This document shows, one piece after another, positions 28,012-37,644 of a DNA stretch of 64,000 nucleotides (positions within the stretch are counted from its first letter, which is position 1; every line of letters begins with the position of its first letter). The stretch comes from Nanohaloarchaea archaeon B1-Br10_U2g21 (lineage in GTDB: Archaea > Nanohalarchaeota > Nanosalinia > Nanosalinales > Nanosalinaceae), in assembly GCA_001563915.1 (NCBI GenBank), contig LKMP01000002.1:1-64000 (forward strand), in the 5' to 3' direction. The notes below the pieces were generated by a model. It was not told the DNA's origin. It saw nothing but the letters and a program-made list of their open reading frames with translations, and made no database searches. Position numbers and translations under genes: made by a program.

Positions 28012-29100
28012 ATGAACACTGAAGAACTTGAACCCGCTGTAAGTTTTCTTAAGGAATGCGAGGCCTCTAAAGTTAAAATTCTCCATCATTGGGATATGGA
28101 TGGTGTGGCTTCTGCCGCAATAATTTCAAAAATCTTGAGAAATATACGTGGAAAAGAAGCAGAAGATGTTTCAATACCTTTGAAAAGAGCCTATCACCTC
28201 TCAGAAGAAGAAAATAAACAACTAAAAGATTTTGATAAGCTAATCGTGCTTGACTTTAACTTACAAGCTTCAGAACTTGAAGCTCTCAACCAAGAACTTG
28301 ATGTGCTTGTAGTAGATCATCACAACTTTGACCGAGTGCCAGATATACCTTTTCTAAATCCTCGAGAGTTAGAAGCAGAAGCCTACGTGCCTTGCAGCAA
28401 AATATGCTTAGATATTGCTGCAGAGTTTGATCTGGAAGATGAAGTAAGGTGGATAGCTGGCCTAGGAATCATACAGGACTTTGGAGTAGCCTCGTGTCCC
28501 GAGGTATTTGAAGAATTAGAGGAAGACTATCAAAGATATTTACCAGAGGAGTTAACACAGCATGAGCTGGCGAAGAACTGCGAATATGGGCGTTATTCTT
28601 CTGTTCTTAATATTAAACCTTACAGAGATTCTAGACATTATTCTAAACTTGCTTACAGAGCTTTAATGGAATCAGATGATTTAATGGAGCTTGAAGCTCA
28701 AGAGTCTTACAGAAAGGTTTACGAAGTATACTTAGAAATGCAGACTGAGTTCAACAGACTTATAGAGAATTATGACGAAGAACGAGAGATTGATAGAGAA
28801 AAAATGGTGATCATATTTGAAATTGATTCACAATTCAACATTAATTCTTCTATTGCAACTAACATGTCAACAAAAACGCCTGACTGGATACATCTAGTCG
28901 TACATAGAGATGGAGAAGTAAATATTAGCGCTAGATGTCAGAGCGGTAGAGTAGATCTCGGAGAACTAATGAGAGAAGCCCTGCCTCAAAAAGCTATAGA
29001 GAACGGCGCTGAAGCAGGAGGGCACGAGAATGCTGCAGGAGCATCTATGGAGCCTGAACATTATGAATTATTCAAACAGAACTTCAAAGAACTGCTATAA
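28012..29100 (+). CDS. DHH/DHHA1 phosphoesterase (RecJ-like)
   Basis: HHWDMDG, DHH, NP motif, GGHENAAG. Confidence 0.85.
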   Translation: MNTEELEPAVSFLKECEASKVKILHHWDMDGVASAAIISKILRNIRGKEAEDVSIPLKRAYHLSEEENKQLKDFDKLIVLDFNLQASELEALNQELDVLVVDHHNFDRVPDIPFLNPRELEAEAYVPCSKICLDIAAEFDLEDEVRWIAGLGIIQDFGVASCPEVFEELEEDYQRYLPEELTQHELAKNCEYGRYSSVLNIKPYRDSRHYSKLAYRALMESDDLMELEAQESYRKVYEVYLEMQTEFNRLIENYDEEREIDREKMVIIFEIDSQFNINSSIATNMSTKTPDWIHLVVHRDGEVNISARCQSGRVDLGELMREALPQKAIENGAEAGGHENAAGASMEPEHYELFKQNFKELL

Positions 29101-29140
29101 GCCTGAGTGTATTTAAACACTAGAGAACTATAAACAAAGC

Positions 29141-29245
29141 ATGGGAGCAACCGAACGTAAAGCCGAGAAACAGAAGGAAAAAGCAAAAGAACTTCTAGGC
29201 CTATCCGATGAGAGAGCAAAGGAAATATTTGAAGACGATGAATAA
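29141..29245 (+). CDS. 34-aa charged microprotein (MGATERKAEKQKEKAKELLGLSDERAKEIFEDDE)
   Basis: Manual translation, TATTTAAA about 25-30 nt upstream (leaderless geometry), T-rich tract downstream. Confidence 0.6.
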   Translation: MGATERKAEKQKEKAKELLGLSDERAKEIFEDDE

Positions 29246-29314
29246 ACCTCCTATATTTTTCCTTTAGTTTTTTCGAAGCCTTTTCAATTGATTCTTCAAT
29301 TTAGGCTAATGATG

Positions 29315-30706
29315 TCAGTACCACTTAGATTTTTCATCAGAATCCTCAACTTCAAATCCCAATTCTTCTAATTGGTCGCGAATAAAGTCTGATAATTTAT
29401 AGTCTCCTTCTTCGCGCGCATTGTCTCTGACATCTAGCAACATATCAGCCATTGAAGCCTCTCTGGCACTGACCGGAGTCTTGATGTCAACACCCAGCAC
29501 CTTTGAAAGTTTTCTAAGCGTCATGCCTGCCTGCTCTGAAGCTTCTCCTCTCGAGTTCACCTTTCCCGCAAACTTTAGTAAGGCCTGTTTAGCCTTTGGA
29601 GTGTTGAGATCATCATCCATAAATTCTAGGAATTCCTTTTCTAAGGCTTCTGCCTCAGTTTCTAGACCTTCTCCATCCGAGAGCTTATACGCTTTTCTTA
29701 ATTTTTTGAGTTCTTTCTCAGCCTTTTCTATACCATTTTTTGAGAAATCAGTCTCAGACCTATAATGCGCTGAATTAATGTAAAGTCTTATTGAATCGCC
29801 GGAGAAACCTTCTTGAAGCAGTTCTCTAACTGTGTAGAAATTTCCCTTAGACTTACTCATTTTTTCACCCTCAACCCTTATGAACTCATTATGAATCCAG
29901 TACTTCGACTGACCTTTACCTGATGCAGCAAAGGCCTGAGCTCTTTCATTTGGATGATGTGGGAAAATATGGTCTTTTCCTCCTGCATGAATATCGAACT
30001 CAGCTCCTAAGTATTTCTGACTCATTACTGAGCATTCGAGATGCCATCCCGGATAACCCTCAGACCACGGAGACTCCCATTTCATAGCATGATTCTTGTC
30101 CGCATTAATCCATAATGCAAAGTCAAATTGATTCCTCTTATTGTCATCATGATCTACACGGGCCTGTGCTTCACTCTTAAGTTGTTCTACGTCTTTTTTT
30201 GCCATCTCGCCATAAGGATAATCTTCAGCAAACGCCTCCACGTCAAAGTAAACACTCCCTTCCGCTTCATACGCATAACCATTCTGAATTATTTCTTTGA
30301 TATAATAAATCATTTCATTGATATGTCCAGTTGCACGAGGCACAATATTCTGGCGCTCAATGTTTAGGGACTGAGTATCTTCGAAATAACGCTGAATCTG
30401 AGTTTCCACTAACTCCATAGGTTCCAGACCCAATTCATTAGCACGTTTTTCTACTTTATCCTCTCCTTGATCCCCATCATCGGTTAAATGACCTACATCC
30501 GTAATATTTTGGACGTGTCTGACACTGTATCCTTTATATTCTAAATAACGTCTTAGCGTATCCCAAACCACATAAGCTCTAGCGTTTCCAATATGGACAT
30601 CATCATAAATAGTCTGGCCACAGCTGTACATCTTGACTCTACCTTCTTCTAACGGTTTAAATTCTTCTTTTTCTCTACTCAAAGTATTGTACAACTTCAA
30701 CGCCAT
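29315..30706 (-). CDS. cysS: Cysteine--tRNA ligase
   Basis: YSCGQT..HIGNAR, PGWHLECS, DIHAGG, KMSKS. Confidence 0.97.
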   Translation of the reverse strand: MALKLYNTLSREKEEFKPLEEGRVKMYSCGQTIYDDVHIGNARAYVVWDTLRRYLEYKGYSVRHVQNITDVGHLTDDGDQGEDKVEKRANELGLEPMELVETQIQRYFEDTQSLNIERQNIVPRATGHINEMIYYIKEIIQNGYAYEAEGSVYFDVEAFAEDYPYGEMAKKDVEQLKSEAQARVDHDDNKRNQFDFALWINADKNHAMKWESPWSEGYPGWHLECSVMSQKYLGAEFDIHAGGKDHIFPHHPNERAQAFAASGKGQSKYWIHNEFIRVEGEKMSKSKGNFYTVRELLQEGFSGDSIRLYINSAHYRSETDFSKNGIEKAEKELKKLRKAYKLSDGEGLETEAEALEKEFLEFMDDDLNTPKAKQALLKFAGKVNSRGEASEQAGMTLRKLSKVLGVDIKTPVSAREASMADMLLDVRDNAREEGDYKLSDFIRDQLEELGFEVEDSDEKSKWY

Positions 30707-30808
30707 AAATTATTCTTAGTCACAGGAAGCTTTAATTTTTCCGCGTAAGAAAAAGCAAAAAATTCAATCTTTTCAAAAATAATCCATAAAAGCGACAACC
30801 TACTTAAT

Positions 30809-31300
30809 TTAAGCAGTCATTTTCTCAAGCTTTCTGATAAATTTCTGAATCTTAGGCCTTTCTTTAACCACCTGAGACTCCGAAGCATCCAAGCTATCAA
30901 GTAATTCTTCAGCACCAACCCACTTTATCTCAGATAAATCATCTTGTGCAGAAGCATTTCCTTTTTCAGCTTCACAATGATAGAAAAGCCTAACCATAGG
31001 CGTCCTATCCGAATCATACTCCTTTTTGTACAAATCTAAAAGCCTATACACCTTAACCTGTAAGCCTGTTTCTTCTTTAATCTCTCTTTTCACAGCATCT
31101 TCGACATTTTCTCCATAATCAAGATGCCCTCCTGGGAAAATCCACTGTCCGCTAATAGGATGTCCCTCAGACTCTTCCTTGCGCCCTATCAAAATTTTTC
31201 CTTCTCTAGTAATTATGCTTGATAATACGACTCTGAATGTATCTCGTGCAATAACTTTATCGCCTATTGAAAGACTTGAACCCTTATTTGATAAAATCAC
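30809..31300 (-). CDS. NUDIX hydrolase
   Basis: WIFPGGHLDYGENVEDAVKREIKEETGL. Start uncertain. Confidence 0.88.
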   Translation of the reverse strand: MILSNKGSSLSIGDKVIARDTFRVVLSSIITREGKILIGRKEESEGHPISGQWIFPGGHLDYGENVEDAVKREIKEETGLQVKVYRLLDLYKKEYDSDRTPMVRLFYHCEAEKGNASAQDDLSEIKWVGAEELLDSLDASESQVVKERPKIQKFIRKLEKMTA

Positions 31301-31364
31301 AGGTCAAAAAAAATGAAGTAATTAAATTCAGCACAGACAATACTATTTTCTAGGTGTAAAAAAG

Positions 31365-31727
31365 TTGCCAAAACTGTCTTTGAAACCAAAGAATGTTAGA
31401 GATGAAGTAATATTCGAAGTTTATGACTTATCATTTGAGAATTTCCATGAACAAGTAGGAGAGCTTAAAGGAAAAGGCAGTCTCAAACTCAATAAAGGTT
31501 CCTATAAAGTCCTAGCAAAAGACGGTGATAGAACTTACAGAAAAGTAGTTTTGGTCGATGGAAGTATGACTGCTATAATCGACTTCGCAGATAAATATGA
31601 TCCTTTAGAAAAAAAGTCGGGTTTGAAACTAATAGCAACCTTGATGTTAATATCTCTAATATTAGCAATTATAATGTATTACTTAGGCATACCAGAATAT
31701 CTAGAGGCCTTATTATTGAATCTATAA
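31365..31727 (+). CDS. Hypothetical C-terminally anchored membrane protein
   Basis: Beta-rich N-terminus and a C-terminal TM helix. Confidence 0.6.
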   Translation: MPKLSLKPKNVRDEVIFEVYDLSFENFHEQVGELKGKGSLKLNKGSYKVLAKDGDRTYRKVVLVDGSMTAIIDFADKYDPLEKKSGLKLIATLMLISLILAIIMYYLGIPEYLEALLLNL

Positions 31728-31743
31728 ATTTAAACCAAAAAAC

Positions 31744-32289
31744 TTATTCTAAGACTGTAGATTCATCACTTACGCCAGCACAGTCCTTAAAAGAGGCTTC
31801 GATTCTAGTAAAGTTTCCTATAGGTACCCTCTGATTTCTGCCTTCCCCTTCAAAAAACACCGTTTCAAAAGAATCTTGGTCTCCATCCATTTCTAAGCCT
31901 ACATCAGCATGATGCGTACTATCATACGTAATATAGCTCTCATCTCCAAGAATGACTACATCCTTAAGCTCAAGTTCTGCATTAGAACAATCGCTAATAG
32001 GTGAAGGAGACCTGTCTGTATCAAAAATACCTGGATCAATGTAGTCTCCTATTAAAAAACCTGATATTCCTAGCGCTAGGACTGCAAAAACTGTTAAGAA
32101 CGGTATAGAACGTTTTTCTCTAACATCTTTAACAGCTATGGCAGGTTCTTCACTTGAAAAGATGTGGCTTACAACTTCAGAATCATGGCCTGCGTTCTCT
32201 AGAGAATCTATTATCTGTTTTTCGGAGTAACCATTCTCTAGCTGTTCTTTAGCCCACTTTTTTAGCTCTTTTTCGCTAAAATCCTCCAT
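31744..32289 (-). CDS. Single-pass membrane protein
   Basis: N-terminal helical motif EQLENGYSEKQIIDSLENAG, one TM helix, extracellular domain with two Cys. Confidence 0.7.
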   Translation of the reverse strand: MEDFSEKELKKWAKEQLENGYSEKQIIDSLENAGHDSEVVSHIFSSEEPAIAVKDVREKRSIPFLTVFAVLALGISGFLIGDYIDPGIFDTDRSPSPISDCSNAELELKDVVILGDESYITYDSTHHADVGLEMDGDQDSFETVFFEGEGRNQRVPIGNFTRIEASFKDCAGVSDESTVLE

Positions 32290-32334
32290 AACATATTCTG
32301 TGCTGGCTTAGATAAAAACCTTTCATAGAAAGTT

Positions 32335-32405
32335 AGCCGGAGCTGGGATTTGCACCCAGGTACGCCGCTCTGCAGGCGGCTGCATAACTACTCTGCCACT
32401 CCGGC
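32335..32405 (-). tRNA. tRNA-Cys(GCA)
   Basis: GCCGGAG/CTCCGGC acceptor, GCCGC-CTGCAGA-GCGGC arm, U73, TGCAAAT T-loop. Confidence 0.94.
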
Positions 32406-32538
32406 CTATAAAACGAGAATAGTAGACAAGCTATTTTAAACCCTGTACGACACCCCCATTAAAACTCATAGAATTTTTTAACTTCGCAAAATAGAAGAAA
32501 TAAGTGGAGAATAGGATTCACCATAAACTTTTACTAAC

Positions 32539-32661
32539 CTAAATTTTCAGAGCTTTCTGGCATTGTTTTACCCTCTGAATCTCTCTTCCGTGTTCTACCT
32601 CAAAACCCTGGTTTACTCCTATTCTATGCCTGAATTTCTCAACTATCTCTTTCTTCTCCAA
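32539..32661 (-). CDS. Putative 40-aa basic microprotein (MEKKEIVEKFRHRIGVNQGFEVEHGREIQRVKQCQKALKI)
   Basis: GAGGTGA 6 nt before TTG 32661, and TTTAAATA about 105-110 nt upstream. Confidence 0.5.
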   Translation of the reverse strand: MEKKEIVEKFRHRIGVNQGFEVEHGREIQRVKQCQKALKI

Positions 32662-32786
32662 AACTTTTCACCTCTAAGGCCTTATGCAATGATGACAAAT
32701 GGGAAATTCCCCCTCTCCCACTCTTTTTCTTAGCCTCGGGGATAAGTAGAAATGCGCATGCACCAGTATTTAAACCGATTTGGAGT

Positions 32787-32802
32787 TGTCCGAATGTCCG
32801 AA
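32787..32802. repeat. Tandem TGTCCGAA x2 just downstream of cdc6
   Basis: Perfect 8-bp direct tandem repeat. Confidence 0.6.
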
Positions 32803-32818
32803 AAAACCAATTTTTCTT

Positions 32819-33832
32819 CTAATCTTGCAAACTGTAAATCCGGTCTTGTGTCGATCCTCTTATATCCACAAGCCCCTTATCATGCATATCCTTCATATAT
32901 CGCCTCATAGATCTCTTTGACCTAGGGCTATCAACTTGGCTCTCATAAACTTCATAGAGCTCTCCCGGCCTAACTTCGCCTCGTTCTTTCAACACCTTAT
33001 AAAGCGCTTTCTGCTGGTCATTAAGTTTTTGTAAAGACACAGATTTATTCTGCTCCACAGCTGTTGAAAAACTCTCTTCAATTAATTCTCCAGGAATTTC
33101 TTTTAGGCCTTTTGTCTCCGCTTTTTGTGCTGCAAGTTTCAAACTGTTGATGGCTATTCTTGCATCCCCTGAGGCATGAGAAGCTATTTTTTGCAGTTCT
33201 CTTGATCTTACCGAATTATTCCTCAAACCATATTTTACTCGGTCTTCAAGAATATCAACTAGTTCTTTCTCATCGTAGGCCTTAAACCTGATTTCTTCTA
33301 TGCCTGAGAACGACGACCTGATTCGGTCATCAAGTGATGCAAATATATCTCGGCGATTCGCAATCAGTATTACTGCAACTTTTTGGTACCTCGACATGTC
33401 AAAAAGAACTTTTTCATCTTTAATCTGGTCTACCTCGTCAAGAACCACAACCATAGGTTGTTTTCTAGCTTTTTCCTCAAACATATCGACTAGTTTTTCA
33501 GTAGATGTGCCGTCACGCATTACAAATTCATTCATGTCTCTTAGAAGCTTGTAATATACTTCAAATCTCGAGGGCTGTCCGAATCCATCAACAGTTCCTG
33601 AGAGTACCTGTGGCGAATGTTTCTTTAACTCTTCTACAACATACTGTGCCATTGCACTTTTACCTGTGCCGGGAGGACCATAGATTAACATATCTATAGG
33701 CGGAAATCCTTCAAGTATGGGTCTCAAATTATCAGCTATAACCTGTCTCTCGTTCCCACGATGCAGCATTTTATTTGGGAGATAGTCAGCGGTTAAAACC
33801 CTAGCGTCCTGTATGACAGTGTTTCTATTCAC
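32819..33832 (-). CDS. cdc6: Orc1/Cdc6 family replication initiation protein
   Basis: DARVLTADYLP..MLHR, GPPGTGKS Walker A, VLDEVD Walker B, GDARIAI sensor 2, C-terminal wHTH. Confidence 0.93.
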   Translation of the reverse strand: MNRNTVIQDARVLTADYLPNKMLHRGNERQVIADNLRPILEGFPPIDMLIYGPPGTGKSAMAQYVVEELKKHSPQVLSGTVDGFGQPSRFEVYYKLLRDMNEFVMRDGTSTEKLVDMFEEKARKQPMVVVLDEVDQIKDEKVLFDMSRYQKVAVILIANRRDIFASLDDRIRSSFSGIEEIRFKAYDEKELVDILEDRVKYGLRNNSVRSRELQKIASHASGDARIAINSLKLAAQKAETKGLKEIPGELIEESFSTAVEQNKSVSLQKLNDQQKALYKVLKERGEVRPGELYEVYESQVDSPRSKRSMRRYMKDMHDKGLVDIRGSTQDRIYSLQD

Positions 33833-33873
33833 AGAAATTAATTATATACAATGCTTTATGCATTTAACCTGTT

Positions 33874-34167
33874 TCAGGCAATATAATCATGACTTTCCTC
33901 TGATTCAGCCTTATCTTTTTCGCGCTCTTCTAACTCTATCTCCCCATACTTTTCCTCATATCTTTCAATATTATGCTCCAACAAATTTTTGAACCGTTTA
34001 GCGCTTTCAGGAGATGTAATAATCGGTTGATGCTCAACTGAGACTTTTTTATCTCCCTCAGGACCTTCAATAACAGGAACAGATTTTCTAAAATCTAAAA
34101 CAAATTCGCTGTTTCTGAAAACTAACGCAATACTATCAGAGTAAAAACTTTTACCTCTCATTTTCAC
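33874..34167 (-). CDS. DUF3467 domain protein
   Basis: FYSD...EFVLDF...IITSPESAKRFKNLLEHNIERYEEKYGEI. Confidence 0.8.
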   Translation of the reverse strand: MKMRGKSFYSDSIALVFRNSEFVLDFRKSVPVIEGPEGDKKVSVEHQPIITSPESAKRFKNLLEHNIERYEEKYGEIELEEREKDKAESEESHDYIA

Positions 34168-34201
34168 AAGTCCAATTTGAAGTATGAAGGATAAAAAGCC
34201 C

Positions 34202-34693
34202 TTAGATGTACTGATTGGCGAAGATTATAAAGAATATGGTCCACCACCCAACTATCGAAATTAATGCAAATACACCGGCAAGCCTTTCAAATTTCGTAAC
34301 CTCAATGTTTTCAGCATCCCATTCATCTGCAAGCTGCCTGAAACGTGGAGTGATTTTCTCGTTCAATATTATTCCATTAACGAATACTATACTAACTAAA
34401 ATCATCTTAGTCTGAAAGAACCAACCATGAACATTTTCAGGATATTGAGATATCAAATATATACCTGTAAATCCGAGTATTGTAAGACCTATCCACACAA
34501 GTAGCGATAATACAGATGCAAGTTTAGCAAAGACAGGTGCAAACTTTTTCTTAAAATGTAATAGCATAAGCATCGAATCAGTGGCCGTAACAGCTCCTAT
34601 AGCTATAACTGCCGCGGCCAAGTGCGCAAATCTTATCAAAATATATGGATCATTAAATGAATTTTGGAAAAGCCCTATGATGCCAGAAATCAC
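34202..34693 (-). CDS. Four-TM membrane protein
   Basis: Four hydrophobic helices, with a His in the first (FAHLAAAVIAIG). Confidence 0.7.
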   Translation of the reverse strand: MISGIIGLFQNSFNDPYILIRFAHLAAAVIAIGAVTATDSMLMLLHFKKKFAPVFAKLASVLSLLVWIGLTILGFTGIYLISQYPENVHGWFFQTKMILVSIVFVNGIILNEKITPRFRQLADEWDAENIEVTKFERLAGVFALISIVGWWTIFFIIFANQYI

Positions 34694-34844
34694 TAAAAGT
34701 GCACCTCCCTAACTTCTTTCCCCAACTTCACCACATAGTAAAGGCTTATGATTCCTATCATAGCCGCCCACAATATCACGAAGCTGAACATAGGATCTTC
34801 AAACATGCAAGAAATGGTTTAGATTATATAATTAATAAATCTAA

Positions 34845-35264
34845 TCAAGAATTAGTCTGTCTCAATGGCTCAGAAAGTGATTCTTCAGGATCATCTGCAG
34901 ACCAGGCCTCCACTATAAAATTGTCGGATTCTTCTGGCTCAGAGATATTGAACTCTATTTTTCGGCGTTCCAGCTGCCCCATTTCAGTCTCTTTACTCCA
35001 AGTTTCTAGAACGTCATCATGCTCGCTCAGAGCCCTCATTTCGGCTACTATCAGTCCTGAACCGCCTCTGTTGAAGAGTCTGACCTCCGCACGCAGTTGT
35101 TCCTCTTCAGAATCATTAACACTATCTTCTAACTGGTGTACTTCAAACTCTTGAAGTACTGGATTAGATACTCCAAACGCCACATATGTGAATGCTGCGA
35201 AAACAGCGCCTACAAATACTAGGCCCGATATAAGAAGCGTATTGAAAGCCCTAATAGCATTCAT
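34845..35264 (-). CDS. N-terminally anchored Ig-like protein
   Basis: N-terminal TM and acidic beta-strand domain (VRLFNRGG). Confidence 0.65.
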   Translation of the reverse strand: MNAIRAFNTLLISGLVFVGAVFAAFTYVAFGVSNPVLQEFEVHQLEDSVNDSEEEQLRAEVRLFNRGGSGLIVAEMRALSEHDDVLETWSKETEMGQLERRKIEFNISEPEESDNFIVEAWSADDPEESLSEPLRQTNS

Positions 35265-35369
35265 GAGATAATTTTTTTCTTTGTAGGAATAAATAACAGG
35301 CAGCTCTAAAAAATGTAGATGTAGTTATTTTAAACAAGTAAACTCTATTCATCAATAAGTGAGACTCTT

Positions 35370-35804
35370 TTGAGCGTTCCAAAGTATATAATCATAACTG
35401 TGTTTCTTGCAGCTCTGACGACTTATCTTTTAGCTCCTGCAGCAGTTGAAGACAGAATCAGTGAGTTTACTGCCTCTGCAGACAGTTGTCCTGAAGAAGT
35501 GGATAGCTTCCTTGATGGCCATGTAACTTATGTTAATGACTCTAATGTAGATGCTAGATTAGAGAGAAGTAATACCTCTAATTTCGCCACATCAACTCGA
35601 AATCTGCGTTGTGATTCAGGTGCCGATGAAGGACAGAACTTAGAACACTATTACTGCACCTCTACAACTGAGGATTTAATAGTTGAATATACTGAGTTAG
35701 ACGAAGATGGAACTATAATATCGCAGAAGAACTTGTTACTACCTTTTATAGAGCTAGATGAAGATGGGAACTACATAGACTATAGTTGTGAAGTAACTGC
35801 CTAA
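35370..35804 (+). CDS. Secreted/anchored protein with four Cys
   Basis: Signal-like N-terminus and acidic extracellular domain. Confidence 0.65.
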   Translation: MSVPKYIIITVFLAALTTYLLAPAAVEDRISEFTASADSCPEEVDSFLDGHVTYVNDSNVDARLERSNTSNFATSTRNLRCDSGADEGQNLEHYYCTSTTEDLIVEYTELDEDGTIISQKNLLLPFIELDEDGNYIDYSCEVTA

Positions 35805-35942
35805 ACAATATCAGTTATCGACATCTGGACTGTATATCCGCATCGAAATAGAAAGTGACTCCTGGGATTACGAAGAATTTAAATAAAAAATCAGTAGAGG
35901 CTCACCCAGTTTTACAAATAACCTACGGCACAAATCAAAATC

Positions 35943-36212
35943 ATGGTACAGTTCGAGACAATAGAGAAAGAAAGAAGAGACTATGGAAACTTTCCAGGAG
36001 AAAAATTTGTTGAAGTAAGCCGCAATAAAGTTATCCAAGATGATGGTGACGAAAACACGTTTATCCAAATCAGCAGTGGCTATTACAAAGATGAAGATGA
36101 GGCCGTCTACAAAAAACGGTTTACAGTCCCTGCAGATGAAAAAGCAGTAGATCACATAGTAGAAAAGCTTCCCAAGATGCTAGAGAAAGAACAGACCTCT
36201 AAAGAAGAATAA
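35943..36212 (+). CDS. Small conserved-looking protein, possibly PC4/Whirly-like nucleic-acid-binding fold
   Basis: Beta-strand pattern FVEVSR...FIQISSGYY...KRFTVP followed by a helix. The fold is inferred. Confidence 0.65.
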   Translation: MVQFETIEKERRDYGNFPGEKFVEVSRNKVIQDDGDENTFIQISSGYYKDEDEAVYKKRFTVPADEKAVDHIVEKLPKMLEKEQTSKEE

Positions 36213-36298
36213 CTCCAAAAAAGACGTGGAAATTCTTTTTTTTCTTTTCTCCCTTTCTATACACTAAATTATATGTTAGTAAGTGCTATTGTTTCTGT

Positions 36299-36925
36299 AT
36301 GGAACTTGGTGCATCTATAGCATCACATTATTTCGAACCACACGAAGAGTACGATGAAGGCCTTTTAGCCGGAAGATTTAATCCTCCTGGCAACCACCAC
36401 ATAAAGTTACCTAGTTACGTCGCCGACCAGTATGATTTAAACAAAGTAAATATAGTGATAGAAGATGCAGCCCAATCTGCAAGGAACCCTTTGCCTGCGG
36501 AACAGATAAAAGATATTCTAGAAGAATCTTTGAGCGATCAAGACGTAGAGTGCAAAGCTTTTACCCATGACATAACAGACTTTGAGAGCTTTATGTGGGA
36601 CGACTTAGAACCTCTCAACGAAAACACTTTATACTACACTGGAGACCTCGAACAAGCCATATTTGGAAAAATAAAACAACTCTATACAGGGAAAAACTTT
36701 GGGATAGCTTATGAACCCAGAGAACATCAAGACTTAGGCAGCGAAGCCACCACAGCCTCATCAGGAACACAAATCAAACAAGCAATAAATCAGAGTCGTC
36801 CTTGGCAAAACTATGTGCCTCCAGAAACACTGAAAACACTAGAAGAAAATCATGAGGCCTTAACAACAATCCAAGAAGGAAACCCTACAGGACGAGGTAA
36901 ACACCTCGAGCTAATAAAAAAATAA
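36299..36925 (+). CDS. NadM/cytidyltransferase-like nucleotidyltransferase homolog (degenerate)
   Basis: AGRFNPPGNHH, RNPL, SSGTQIKQAI...WQNYVP. Confidence 0.7.
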   Translation: MELGASIASHYFEPHEEYDEGLLAGRFNPPGNHHIKLPSYVADQYDLNKVNIVIEDAAQSARNPLPAEQIKDILEESLSDQDVECKAFTHDITDFESFMWDDLEPLNENTLYYTGDLEQAIFGKIKQLYTGKNFGIAYEPREHQDLGSEATTASSGTQIKQAINQSRPWQNYVPPETLKTLEENHEALTTIQEGNPTGRGKHLELIKK

Positions 36926-37007
36926 AAACTGAAAACAACTTTTCCCTTAACCTTCTTTTTTGCTCAAACAGACCTAATTAAATCCATATCTCAAAAAAGA
37001 GCTTATT

Positions 37008-37430
37008 ATGGGCAAAAGGATTAATTCAGGTGTAGAGACTTTCACAGAAAAAACTACCGACTATCGGAAATGCATGTTCCGAATGAAACAGAAAGATTTC
37101 CATTTCCACCTCAAAGAAGTCAAAGCTGTAAAGTTCAAAGGCGGTACAAAACATGGATTCATCAAAGCTATGATTTGTAAGGCCCTCGATGACGAAGGCC
37201 ACTATTACTTAACAGAAAAAGAATTCAATAACGGTAGAGAAGCAGACATCTATGATGCAAGTATTGACTCAGTAATTGAAATCGAATCTAACTGCACACC
37301 CGCAGACAGAAAGAAAAAGATCAAAGATTTTGGTAAAAGTGTTAAAGAAGTCTACATAATTGATCCTGTAAATTGGCCAGATAACTACGAAAAGGTCTAC
37401 AACAAAGCAAAAGACGAATTTTGTTTCTAA
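37008..37430 (+). CDS. Putative PD-(D/E)xK nuclease-fold protein
   Basis: H..IK, TEKEF..GREADIYD...VIEIES motif; unusually basic for this genome. Confidence 0.55.
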   Translation: MGKRINSGVETFTEKTTDYRKCMFRMKQKDFHFHLKEVKAVKFKGGTKHGFIKAMICKALDDEGHYYLTEKEFNNGREADIYDASIDSVIEIESNCTPADRKKKIKDFGKSVKEVYIIDPVNWPDNYEKVYNKAKDEFCF

Positions 37431-37644
37431 CCCAGCTTCTAGAAAAAATTAATAGTATAATAGCCCAGCCAGCCGCCAAGCAAAGTCTGGGCTACCAATG
37501 CATTCTCCACTAAAAAGCAGAGAAAGCATAAAATACAAATAAAAACACAACTCTTAAAAGAAGGAAACAAAGACTTTACTCCAGTTTTCTCTATACACCA
37601 GATCTATCTAATTATTACCTCTAACATTTTAACGCCTTTAGAGA

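Noticed and set aside
29100-33900. Switch from mostly plus-strand to mostly minus-strand genes near cdc6 as an origin signal
   Set aside because: The orientation is convergent rather than divergent, no ORB consensus was found, and skew was not computed.
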